Part shown: one piece after another, positions 50,253-58,971 of the stretch
How the letters are laid out: every line of letters starts with the position of its first letter
Numbering within the stretch: position 1 is the stretch's first letter
Assembly (NCBI GenBank): GCA_024277205.1
Contig: JAJRVP010000013.1
Coordinates: forward strand, 72,735 to 136,734
Length of the DNA: 64,000 nt
DNA from: an archaeon
GTDB taxonomy: Archaea; Nanobdellota; Nanobdellia; CSSed11-243R1
Direction of reading: 5' to 3'
Position numbers and translations under genes: made by a program
The notes under the pieces: generated by a model
What the model was told of the DNA's origin: nothing
The model's input: the letters and a program-made list of their open reading frames with translations, nothing else
Database searches by the model: none

Positions 50253-51434
50253 ATGTTAATTGGGGTTGTTGGAAAGGCAAATGTTGGAAAATCAACTTTT
50301 TTTAAAGCAGCAACTTTAGCTCCAGCAGAAATTGGACCTCATCCCTTTGTTACAATCAAGCCAAACAGAGCAATTGCATATGTAAAAACAAAATGCCCTT
50401 GTACAGAATTAAAAATCAAATGCAATCCAAAAAATTCTCCTTGCATTGATGGAAATAGATTTGTACCTTTTGAAATTCTTGATGTTGCAGGACTTATTCC
50501 AGGAGCACATCTTGGAAAGGGTTTGGGGAACAAATTTTTAGATGATTTAAGACAAGCAGATTGTTTAATTCATGTCTTAGATGCTGCTGGGGCCACAGAT
50601 GAAAAAGGAAATCCTGTTGCTCCAGGGACAAGGAATCCTGCTGAAGATCTTGTATTTTTAAACGAAGAATTTGATTTTTGGCTTCAAGACATCTTAATGA
50701 ATCATTTTAAGAAAAAGCACAACCAACCAATATCTGCAAAACAAGTAGAAGAAGTGCTTTCTGGTTTAAAAATCAAAAAAGAACACATACTAAATGCAGA
50801 GAAAACAAGTAAATTAAAGATTTCAAACATAACTAAATGGAAAGATGAACAATTTTTAGAATTTGCAATTGCATTAAGAATTGAATCAAAGCCAATGGTT
50901 TTTGCTGCAAATAAGTGTGATATTGGAATCGCCCGTGAAAATGTTAAAAAACTAAAAGAAAGATTTCCAATATATTCTTTTATTCCAACCTCTGCAGAAT
51001 CAGAACTTGTTTTAAGAGAGGCTACTGAAAAAAAACTGATTAAATATATCCCTGGAGACTCTGACTTTGAAATAATTGGAGAATTAACTGAAAAACAAAA
51101 GCAAGCTCTTGATTTTGTCAAAGAAAAAGTTTTGAAAATTCTTGGGAATACAGGTGTTCAGGAATGCATAAACAAAGCTGTTTTTGATTTAATGAAATGC
51201 ATTGTTGTTTTTCCAGTTGAGGATGAGAATAAATTAACTAATAAAGAAGGAAATATTCTTCCAGACGCATACATTCTCCCAAAGGATTCTACTGCTCTTG
51301 ATTTAGCGTATAAAATCCACACAGATATAGGAGAAAAATTTATTGGCGCAATCGATTGTAGAACAAAAAGAAAAATTGGAAAAGACACAAAATTAAAAAA
51401 TGGAGACATAATTAAGATTTTGACAGGAAAGTAA
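50253..51434 (+). CDS. ychF: Archaeal YchF/Obg-family NTPase with TGS domain
   Basis: GKANVGKST, PFVTI, DVAGL, ANK.D, IHTD. Confidence 0.92.
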   Translation: MLIGVVGKANVGKSTFFKAATLAPAEIGPHPFVTIKPNRAIAYVKTKCPCTELKIKCNPKNSPCIDGNRFVPFEILDVAGLIPGAHLGKGLGNKFLDDLRQADCLIHVLDAAGATDEKGNPVAPGTRNPAEDLVFLNEEFDFWLQDILMNHFKKKHNQPISAKQVEEVLSGLKIKKEHILNAEKTSKLKISNITKWKDEQFLEFAIALRIESKPMVFAANKCDIGIARENVKKLKERFPIYSFIPTSAESELVLREATEKKLIKYIPGDSDFEIIGELTEKQKQALDFVKEKVLKILGNTGVQECINKAVFDLMKCIVVFPVEDENKLTNKEGNILPDAYILPKDSTALDLAYKIHTDIGEKFIGAIDCRTKRKIGKDTKLKNGDIIKILTGK

Positions 51435-51435
51435 A

Positions 51436-51669
51436 TCACATCAATTCTCTAACTGTGTAATCGGTTAAAATTAAAATTGAAAACCCAAGCAAAAATGAAA
51501 CTAAAAAACTTAATGGGGGGCTATTAGGAAATAAAAATTCATCCATTAGTCCCCAAATGCCTCTCCAAAATGAAATGACTGCAAATGCAATTATCAATGC
51601 AAAAGCAGTTTGGTGCTTTGATTTCATCTTAGATATTTTCTTAAACATAATTATCAAATTGTGAAACAA
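51436..51669 (-). CDS. Small two-TM protein
   Basis: SFWRGIWGLMD motif. Confidence 0.65.
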   Translation of the reverse strand: MFHNLIIMFKKISKMKSKHQTAFALIIAFAVISFWRGIWGLMDEFLFPNSPPLSFLVSFLLGFSILILTDYTVRELM

Positions 51670-51730
51670 TTATTTAAGCATTTCTAACAAATCCACATAT
51701 ATTTATAACATTAGATAGATTTATTTTTTT

Positions 51731-52312
51731 ATGGCGCTTGAAGGTGTTGGAGACATACTAAAAATTCCACAAGAAATTATTATTGATATACTATCAAATC
51801 TAAATATTCCAGCCCAATTCCTAACTCCTTTATTTTCAATTCCATATGCAAATGAGATTTCCCTTGTAGTCATTGGATTATTTACAATTATTTCAATATT
51901 TGTAGGAATAAAATGGATACTAAAACTCGTTGGGATTGCCTTTGTGATTGTTGGGTTTTTACAAGGGATTGGTGGTGGAATAACTGCAGTCATTATAATT
52001 CTTGGAATTGCAGTCTTGGTTAAAATTCTAAGAAAAATTTTAGGCAAGGGTGAAGGATTTGGTAAAGGTCTTGGCAAAGAAGAAAAAATGCCTGAAATTA
52101 AAGAGGAAGAGTTTAAAATGCCTGAAATGGGTGGCGAAGAAGAATTTAAAATGCCAGAAGAAAAACCAGAAGCACCAATTCAACCTGAAATGCCTCAAGT
52201 CCCATCACAAACAATGCCACAACAAAGAGTTTGTCCATATTGTAGTTCTCCACTCACTTATATTTCACAGTATCAAAGATATTACTGCTCAAGGTGCCAG
52301 ATGTATATTTAG
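51731..52312 (+). CDS. Membrane protein with Glu/Pro repeat linker and C-terminal zinc ribbon
   Basis: TM helices, EEFKMPE repeats, CPYC...YCSRC. Confidence 0.75.
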   Translation: MALEGVGDILKIPQEIIIDILSNLNIPAQFLTPLFSIPYANEISLVVIGLFTIISIFVGIKWILKLVGIAFVIVGFLQGIGGGITAVIIILGIAVLVKILRKILGKGEGFGKGLGKEEKMPEIKEEEFKMPEMGGEEEFKMPEEKPEAPIQPEMPQVPSQTMPQQRVCPYCSSPLTYISQYQRYYCSRCQMYI

Positions 52313-53280
52313 TCTAAATCCTGAATCTCGCCAAAACCGACAAATCTCATCTTCTTGTTGGGATCAACTACAAAAACTTTCATATTCTCAATGAAAGCAA
52401 TAGGTTTTTCAAAATCGCAAACAATCCAGTTTTCCTGACCAGGATGCACATCTCCGACCTCTACTTTGAAAGTCGCATAATTCATTCCGATAATAACAGA
52501 AAGGATTTGACTTGTTTTTATTGGCCCCTTTAAGAATTTTACTGCCTTTAATCTGATTCTTGCCTTTTTAGCCTTTCTCCCAAAATTGCTTAGAAGAACA
52601 CCTCTATGAACATTATCTATTCTCAAATCTTTTAAACACAATCCTACCCTATCTCCTGGATAGGCATCTGGATAATTCGCATCATGTTTCTGGATAGATT
52701 TTATTGTTGTTTCCTTCTCTTCAGGAAGAACTAAAATTTTGTCATAAACTTTGATGCTCCCGCCTTTTAAGATGCTCAAAACAACTGTGCCAACACCCTT
52801 GACAACAAAAGAGTGGTCAACAAACATATATGGCTTGTTGTTCTCTTTCCTTTTGATATCAACCTCAAAAGCCTTTATTCTCAATTCATTAATTGAATTA
52901 TCATCTACAAAGTCAAAGAATGTGTAGCTTTCAAGTGAGGTACCTTTTATCAACTCTTTAAGTTGCTCAAGGACATAATCCTTTGCAAATATGAAACCTT
53001 TGTCAAATTTTGCAGCATCAAGTGCAAGCAAAATTTCGCCGAGTTCTTTGGATACCTCATTTACTACTAAAATAGGAAAATCACACAAGTGGATGGTGTA
53101 AAAAAGAGTTTGGATTTTGTCAGGATATGTGTGTGGAAGGATTGTTGTTATTATTTTATCACCTGCCTTCATATTGTACAGAGTAATATCACTCTTAGTT
53201 CCCTCTTTACCAAACGCCTTGGCTACTTTTTGCATCAACTCTAAATCATTTCCGAAGATACCTATGTTTAGTGATTTCAT
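52309..53280 (-). CDS. SelB-like / EF-Tu domain-2 protein with degenerate G-domain
   Basis: GKEGTKSDITLY, VDHSFVVKGVGTV, IKSIQ, GDRVGL. Confidence 0.82.
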   Translation of the reverse strand: MKSLNIGIFGNDLELMQKVAKAFGKEGTKSDITLYNMKAGDKIITTILPHTYPDKIQTLFYTIHLCDFPILVVNEVSKELGEILLALDAAKFDKGFIFAKDYVLEQLKELIKGTSLESYTFFDFVDDNSINELRIKAFEVDIKRKENNKPYMFVDHSFVVKGVGTVVLSILKGGSIKVYDKILVLPEEKETTIKSIQKHDANYPDAYPGDRVGLCLKDLRIDNVHRGVLLSNFGRKAKKARIRLKAVKFLKGPIKTSQILSVIIGMNYATFKVEVGDVHPGQENWIVCDFEKPIAFIENMKVFVVDPNKKMRFVGFGEIQDLD

Positions 53281-53318
53281 AAACCGAAAACAAAAAACAG
53301 ACATTTATATATCTTTCA

Positions 53319-53846
53319 CTAAATAGAGAATTCATAAACAAAAATGTCTTCAAAATTAATGTGCTTTTTATCTAAAAGTTTTGCTTTGTAGCCAAGTTTT
53401 TTTGCAACTTCTAAAACTTTTTTTGGATTTGTTAATGAAGAAAAAACCATAACAATTTGGCCCTTCTTATTCAAATGTTTTTTTGCCTCTTTCAAAAATT
53501 TAGCAATAGTTTCCCAACCCTCTTTTCCACCTGTTGTATCAATCTCCTTATCATATTTTGACTCTGGCAAATATGGTGGATTAAATATGATAAAATCAAA
53601 TTTTTCAGGAACATTTGAAAACAAATCACTTTCACGAAATTCCACATTCTCAAAAATATGAAATGCATTTTTGCAATATTCAATTGCTTCGGGATTTTTG
53701 TCAACCGCAATTACTTTTTTTGCTTTTGGTGCTGCTGCAAATGCCTGAATCCCTGTACCTGTGCCCATATCAAGAACATCCCCATGTGCTAATTTCTCTA
53801 CCCATTTTTTCAATAAATATGAATCTTCTCTGGGTAAGTATATCAT
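53319..53846 (-). CDS. HemK2/PrmC-like release factor glutamine methyltransferase
   Basis: YLPREDSYLL, LDMGTGTG, FNPPY. Confidence 0.88.
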   Translation of the reverse strand: MIYLPREDSYLLKKWVEKLAHGDVLDMGTGTGIQAFAAAPKAKKVIAVDKNPEAIEYCKNAFHIFENVEFRESDLFSNVPEKFDFIIFNPPYLPESKYDKEIDTTGGKEGWETIAKFLKEAKKHLNKKGQIVMVFSSLTNPKKVLEVAKKLGYKAKLLDKKHINFEDIFVYEFSI

Positions 53847-53919
53847 AATAAATTTAGGGATATAAATAAATAAAAGCTTATCCAAAACCTTAAATTATAC
53901 AAAATGATTTATAATTATA

Positions 53920-54306
53920 ATGGTAATGTTAGAAGATGTAGAAAAATTCGAAATTGAACTTAACAAACGCATAGAACGTTTAAGCAATAGTCTAAAAAAC
54001 TTATTTAATCAAGAAGTTAAAATAAATAAAGAAATATTCGAATTAACCAAACGAACTGAAAAAATAAGAAAAAAGTTAAAAGAAGAAGAGGAAAAACAAA
54101 ATCCTGATGAAAGAGAAATTATTGCTTTAGAAAATGAGATTTCTAGTTTACAGCAAAAAAGACATTATCTATTGCAAGAAGAAGAAAAAAAATTAAAGGA
54201 AATTCTTAGACATCTAGAAGAAATAGAAAGTTCTCAATTTGATGAAGAAGCCAAAGAAAGAATCAAAAAGCAATTACTAGCTCGATACTACGGAATCAAA
54301 ACATAA
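53920..54306 (+). CDS. Coiled-coil protein
   Basis: 128 aa of heptad-like E/K-rich sequence. Confidence 0.65.
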   Translation: MVMLEDVEKFEIELNKRIERLSNSLKNLFNQEVKINKEIFELTKRTEKIRKKLKEEEEKQNPDEREIIALENEISSLQQKRHYLLQEEEKKLKEILRHLEEIESSQFDEEAKERIKKQLLARYYGIKT

Positions 54307-54348
54307 TATTTATAAGTATGTAACTACTTAATAGTAGAGGTAATCAAA

Positions 54349-54783
54349 ATGAAAAATGCCGCTCATCAAATATATGGCTCTGCATTAGATGATTTGATTA
54401 ATCAACAAAATAGACTATTTGACAAATTTGAATGTTTTCATGATGAAATATTTTCTAAAAAAGATTCAGAATTAACCAGTACAGATGTTATGAGAATAAA
54501 TCAAAGATTATATGATTTTTTCAATGAGTACTCCTTTTTAGAAACCCTTTCAGAGAGAGTTAGCTACCTCAAAAAAGAATATGACAATGAATTAGAAGAA
54601 AAATTTAAGGGTAAAGAAGACATCTCAACTGTATTATTCGACTTAATAAATAACAAGATAGGACAAATAGATGTTGTAATAGAAATGCTACAACTTAGGA
54701 AATACCCGCTTCTTAAATTTGGAGAAGTTGCAGAAGAATATGCAAATCCATTGATTGAGCCAAATCCACTAATCTATGCATAA
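54349..54783 (+). CDS. Hypothetical protein
   Basis: 144-aa ORF with TTTATAA and GAGGT upstream. Confidence 0.6.
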   Translation: MKNAAHQIYGSALDDLINQQNRLFDKFECFHDEIFSKKDSELTSTDVMRINQRLYDFFNEYSFLETLSERVSYLKKEYDNELEEKFKGKEDISTVLFDLINNKIGQIDVVIEMLQLRKYPLLKFGEVAEEYANPLIEPNPLIYA

Positions 54784-54804
54784 CCCTAAAGTGGTATGGA
54801 AACG

Positions 54805-54820
54805 TTTTTATATTTATAAT
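54805..54820 (+). promoter_or_regulatory. Putative TATA box for the large ncRNA
   Basis: TTTTTATATTTATAAT about 20-35 nt before the structured region. Confidence 0.5.
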
Positions 54821-54840
54821 GATTAATATATAATCTCCTA

Positions 54841-55319
54841 TTTGGGCATTTCGATGGACCAATAGGCGTGGGACTCATATAACCTCTAATCCGCTGAAAA
54901 GGTCCACATCTGTAACGAGATAGGGCCTTTGAATCTCAACACAGATGCTGCGGGTTAAGTTATTTGAGCCCACAGGGTGCTAGTTTGTTTGGCTTGGACC
55001 TGACCTTCGGGTCAAAGTGAGTCAAACAAAAAACACCCTCATCGAGCCCAAAAACAGCAATAAAGTCTTTTGCTTCGGCATTGGATTAATATTGTTGTTT
55101 TTTGTCTTCGGGCAGTTCAGAGGACCGAAAGGCGAGATAACTCATTAAACCTCTGGTTGCAAAACAACCCAGGTTTTGTATGGGATTGGGCCTTGAATCC
55201 CATATAAGATCCAGCAACTAAGTTTAATGAAATCTCAGGAAGAAACTTCACTTGTGGTTGGGTTGACTCATCAGAGCTTTGGAACCACAAGGAAGCAAAA
55301 CTTCCTCTCTGAGCCCAAT
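54841..55319 (+). ncRNA. Large structured non-coding RNA of two tandem pseudoknotted domains, family not recognised
   Basis: No ORF of 60 aa or more; higher GC than flanks; three cUUCGg loops and one GAAA tetraloop on + strand; domains 54844-55049 and 55110-55316 show helix-by-helix compensatory changes. Confidence 0.88.
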
Positions 55320-55320
55320 G

Positions 55321-55341
55321 TTTTTCTTTTTTTGTTTTTTC
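55321..55341 (+). terminator. T-rich archaeal terminator
   Basis: TTTTTCTTTTTTTGTTTTTTC immediately after the closing helix. Confidence 0.6.
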
Positions 55342-55377
55342 TAAATATTTATTAACACCAAATTTTTATCTTTAGAC

Positions 55378-55926
55378 ATGGAGATTGTTTTAATTTCAGT
55401 TATTGTTGCAATTGCTGCGTCTATTGGTGGATTAATTGCAATGTTCACTAAAAAAGAAATGGAACAATATGATAAATGGATAAACTATTCTGAACTAATT
55501 GTTTCATTAATTCTTGCAATTTTAATGATAACTCTTTATCAAACATGGACAATCTTGTTTCTCATAATTGGTGCTTCTTTTGTTATGCTTGCGAATAAAT
55601 TTTTGTTCCACATACATTTAAGTAGGTATTTGAGAATGCTCATGTTTGGACTTGCTCTTGGAATCCTTTTTAGCATAAATCGTGAAACAGCATTTATTTT
55701 TGGAACAATTGTTGCAATCCACAATATAATAAAAGGAAGTAGGGTTGGTGCTTATTTTATTCCAAAAAGAAAGAATATATTCAAAAAAATTGGAAATTTT
55801 CAAGCAATTTTTATTTTGGCTGCCTTAGCAGGATTTTACATGATAACACTACCTATTTACCAAGCAATGACTTTGAATTTTGCAGCTGGTGCTGTAATAG
55901 CAACTGTTTTTGGAACTAAGATATAG
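55378..55926 (+). CDS. Multi-pass membrane protein
   Basis: About 6-7 TM segments; AIHN motif weakly reminiscent of ZIP transporters. Confidence 0.65.
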   Translation: MEIVLISVIVAIAASIGGLIAMFTKKEMEQYDKWINYSELIVSLILAILMITLYQTWTILFLIIGASFVMLANKFLFHIHLSRYLRMLMFGLALGILFSINRETAFIFGTIVAIHNIIKGSRVGAYFIPKRKNIFKKIGNFQAIFILAALAGFYMITLPIYQAMTLNFAAGAVIATVFGTKI

Positions 55927-56326
55927 TCTTTGCTAATTCTGCTAATGGATGTCCTTTTACTTTTGTTTCAAATTCTTTATAATAACCAAAAGGTGCGCGG
56001 AAAACTTCAATTCCTTTTTCCTTTGCAAAAGATTCCATCTCCTTAAGAATTGTTATTGCAATTGAGGGTGTTGCTAAATTCTTTGAAAGATGTGCATAAG
56101 GATAAATTAAAAGAGAATCTGCTTTAACCTCATCAATTTGTTTTTTAATTGCAATAATTGCATTTCTTCCTGTTTCTGGCAAATCATTTTTTTCAACAGT
56201 AACTAAAGCAACAATCACATTCCTAAATTCTTTTTCTTCACCATCGCGATTTTCTGGCAAAGTTTTCATTGCTGGTTTAGTGACTTTATAACGAAAATAA
56301 TCGCAGTGCCATTGAAGCAGTTTCAC
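55916..56326 (-). CDS. Stand-alone archaeal ThrRS editing domain
   Basis: MKLLQWHCDY, IYPYAHLS, RAPFGYYKEF, KGHPLAEL. Confidence 0.9.
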   Translation of the reverse strand: MKLLQWHCDYFRYKVTKPAMKTLPENRDGEEKEFRNVIVALVTVEKNDLPETGRNAIIAIKKQIDEVKADSLLIYPYAHLSKNLATPSIAITILKEMESFAKEKGIEVFRAPFGYYKEFETKVKGHPLAELAKTIS

Positions 56327-56438
56327 AATCTCACCATCCTATCTTCTTTTGGCCAAGCTTTTCTTTTTAAGAAAAGGTTGTGCCATTGAAGTATTCTCAT
56401 ATTATCACCTTTTTCCGTTAACGCTTTTTCTAAAAGGG

Positions 56439-57950
56439 TTACTTCCTTGCATAGAAAATTGGTTGTTTTGACATGTATTTTGGAACAGGTAATGGCCAAT
56501 TTGGCATTCCTTCAACTTTTGACTTAATTAGTTTTGTTACTTCTTTGACATCCATATTTTCTATCTTATCTTTTTTAACCTCACTTTGTTCACGAATAAC
56601 AACTGGCAACTTTTTAGATTCCATCTCTTTGTCGCCAACCACTATAATATAGGGCACCCATGCCTGCTTTGCTTGGAAAACTTTTTTTGGGATACTTAAA
56701 TCCCTATCATCAATACAAACTCTTATCCCTTCTTTTTCTAACTCTTTTGAGATGTTTTCAACAAATTCATTATGCCTATCTGCAACAGGCAAAAGTCTTA
56801 CTTGTTCAGGAGAAAGCCAAACAGGAAGCATTCCTGCTTTTCCTTTTTGTTCATTCATCCAAGCTTGTTCAAGAAGAGAATAAATCACTCTTTCAATTGC
56901 ACCACTTGGCGAAAGATGTAATATAATTGGGTGCTTCTTTTTGTTATCTTTATCCACATAAGAAATTTCATATCTTTCTGCATTTTCAACATCAAATTGA
57001 TCTGTTACAAGCGCAGTTGCTTTTTCCATTGCGTCTATAAAATTTAATTCATACTTCATTGAAAAGTAAAAGAATCTCTTATCCCACATTTCAACTAGAG
57101 CTGGCTTGCCCCATCTTTTAACTAATTCTTTTGCAAAATCTTCATGTTCTTCATAAAAGTCTTTAACAAATCTTATACCAAGCTCAAAATCATTTGGAAT
57201 ACTAAATCCAATCTTATTCATCACTTCTTTTGAAAGTTCAAATCTCCTGAGCATCTCTTCTTTTCCTTGTTTATAATCTTTAACAAAAGCATGGCAATCT
57301 GGCATTGTAAACGCGCGTAACCTTTTCAATCCAACAAGTTCACCTGATTGCTCAAGCCTAAAACTATATCTTGTTAATTCATATAGGCGCAAAGGAAGAT
57401 GTTTGTAAGAGATATTCATGTCATGCGCCATTAAAAATTGTCCAAAGCATGCTGCAAATCTTAAAAAGAAACTTCTCTTACCACTTGATTCAACAACATA
57501 TTGCCTTGCAGGAAACCTATGTAAATATTTCTTCAAAGAAGGGTGATTATAATCATACATAATTGGAGTTTCAACCTCCATGGCATATTCGCTTAGCTTT
57601 TTAGAAACAAAAGTTTCAAGCATTCTCTTAATAAAACGCCCTTTTGGGTAATACTTTAAATTGCCTAAATCAGAACCTTTTTCATAATCAACCATCTCAA
57701 GCTTTTTCATTAGCTCAACATGAGGTGGCTCTCTCTCATAAACTCTCCTTTTAGCAATTTCATACATTGCAAATTTGAGCAAATTAGGATATTTTGAAAA
57801 GTCAAATCCAACAATCTTCCCTTTTTCAGCTTTTATTTCACACAGTTTACCATCTAAATCCAAGATAAACCATTTAGATTCTATCTTTTCTTCAGCTTTT
57901 AGAGCTTCAGATATTTCCTGTTTTTTCTTTTTTTCCAAATTAATCACCAA
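56439..57950 (-). CDS. thrS: Threonyl-tRNA synthetase, catalytic and anticodon-binding domains
   Basis: PPHVELM, LRFAACFGQF, RLRAFTMPDCH, ILHLSPSGAIER, WLSPEQVR. Confidence 0.93.
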   Translation of the reverse strand: MVINLEKKKKQEISEALKAEEKIESKWFILDLDGKLCEIKAEKGKIVGFDFSKYPNLLKFAMYEIAKRRVYEREPPHVELMKKLEMVDYEKGSDLGNLKYYPKGRFIKRMLETFVSKKLSEYAMEVETPIMYDYNHPSLKKYLHRFPARQYVVESSGKRSFFLRFAACFGQFLMAHDMNISYKHLPLRLYELTRYSFRLEQSGELVGLKRLRAFTMPDCHAFVKDYKQGKEEMLRRFELSKEVMNKIGFSIPNDFELGIRFVKDFYEEHEDFAKELVKRWGKPALVEMWDKRFFYFSMKYELNFIDAMEKATALVTDQFDVENAERYEISYVDKDNKKKHPIILHLSPSGAIERVIYSLLEQAWMNEQKGKAGMLPVWLSPEQVRLLPVADRHNEFVENISKELEKEGIRVCIDDRDLSIPKKVFQAKQAWVPYIIVVGDKEMESKKLPVVIREQSEVKKDKIENMDVKEVTKLIKSKVEGMPNWPLPVPKYMSKQPIFYARK

Positions 57951-58049
57951 TGATATTGTAAATTATGCCTATCTTTTATTTGTTTTGGATTTTCGTAATA
58001 CAATATATTGTTATGACAAAAAATTAGCTATATTTTTATAAATGATTCT

Positions 58050-58721
58050 ATGTTCTATTATGCCATGCAAAAACAAAGACAACTACAAAAAGAAGTATCT
58101 AAAACAAAACTAAATCAAGCAAGTTTGCTTCTACAAAAACAAATTCAAAAACTTAATCTAAAAGAATTAACCCTTATAGTTTCTTTTGTTTCTGCTGCAG
58201 CAGTTGGCAGAATTGCGCTTCAAGGTATTCCAAGTGTTGAACTTATAACCTTTTTTGCAATTCTTGCAGGGGCTCTTTTTGGAAAAGAAGAAGGTTTCTT
58301 AGTAGGTTCTTCAAGCTTAATTGTATCAAACTTTTTTGTTTTTGGTGGGCAAGGACCTTGGACAATTTTTCAAGCAATTGGATTTGGAATTGTTGGATAC
58401 TTCGGTGGTTTCTTAAACGAAAACAGCAAAAGAATTTCATTCATAGGGATTGCACTTATCTCAACAATTGTTTATGAAATTATAATTAATACACAATCAA
58501 TTATGATGTTTGGATTTCTTGGAATCTCAAGTGTGTTACTATTAGCATTGCCATTTGTAATAGTCCACATAATATCCAATACAATATTCTTATCTTTTGC
58601 TCCTGAAATTATTAAAAAAATGAATGAGGTGGAGTTCTTTGAACACAAAAAGATTGCTGAGCATCTTCGCAATTATATTAATTCTAAGCTTGGGTTTTTA
58701 TCTAAGCCAAGAAAGGAATAA
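58050..58721 (+). CDS. ECF transporter S component (probably cobalamin-type)
   Basis: IPSVE, VSNFFVFGGQGPWTIFQ, HIISN. Confidence 0.8.
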   Translation: MFYYAMQKQRQLQKEVSKTKLNQASLLLQKQIQKLNLKELTLIVSFVSAAAVGRIALQGIPSVELITFFAILAGALFGKEEGFLVGSSSLIVSNFFVFGGQGPWTIFQAIGFGIVGYFGGFLNENSKRISFIGIALISTIVYEIIINTQSIMMFGFLGISSVLLLALPFVIVHIISNTIFLSFAPEIIKKMNEVEFFEHKKIAEHLRNYINSKLGFLSKPRKE

Positions 58722-58971
58722 AGTTTCAACAGAGATAGAGTATAATGGGCCTGGGAATGTATTAGAATTACTAAATGAAAGCCACAAAGTTGTTACAGAG
58801 GATACAAAATGGGGCCCTTATGTTAAATGCATTGATGATTTATGTGCAAACACAACTCATTTTTGGCTTTATTATGTGAATGGTAAATTAGCACCAGTTG
58901 GTGCTCATTTGTACAATGCAACAGAAAATGATACAATTCTTTGGAGATTCACAAGCAATAATCCATTTTAG
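58624..58971 (+). CDS. DUF4430 (transcobalamin-like C-terminal domain) protein
   Basis: N-terminal TM; WGPYVKCI, FWLYYVNGKLAPVGA, DTILWRF. Confidence 0.8.
   Translation: MRWSSLNTKRLLSIFAIILILSLGFYLSQERNKVSTEIEYNGPGNVLELLNESHKVVTEDTKWGPYVKCIDDLCANTTHFWLYYVNGKLAPVGAHLYNATENDTILWRFTSNNPF

Noticed and set aside
52081..52160. GAAGA.TTTAAAATGCC direct repeats
   Set aside because: Coding repeats (EEFKMPE) within a linker.
54841..55319. RNase P RNA or SRP RNA, since rnp4, srp54 and ftsY are in the window
   Set aside because: No GAGGAAxxUCC/ACAxAA P4 pair and no SRP helix-8 motif on either strand; the internal two-fold duplication fits neither. A covariance-model scan is still needed.
54841..55377. 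Cobalamin, lysine or T-box riboswitch for a neighbouring gene
   Set aside because: No B12 box, lysine or T-box consensus seen; a T-tract and a separate TATA-like element lie before the next gene; thrS is on the other strand.
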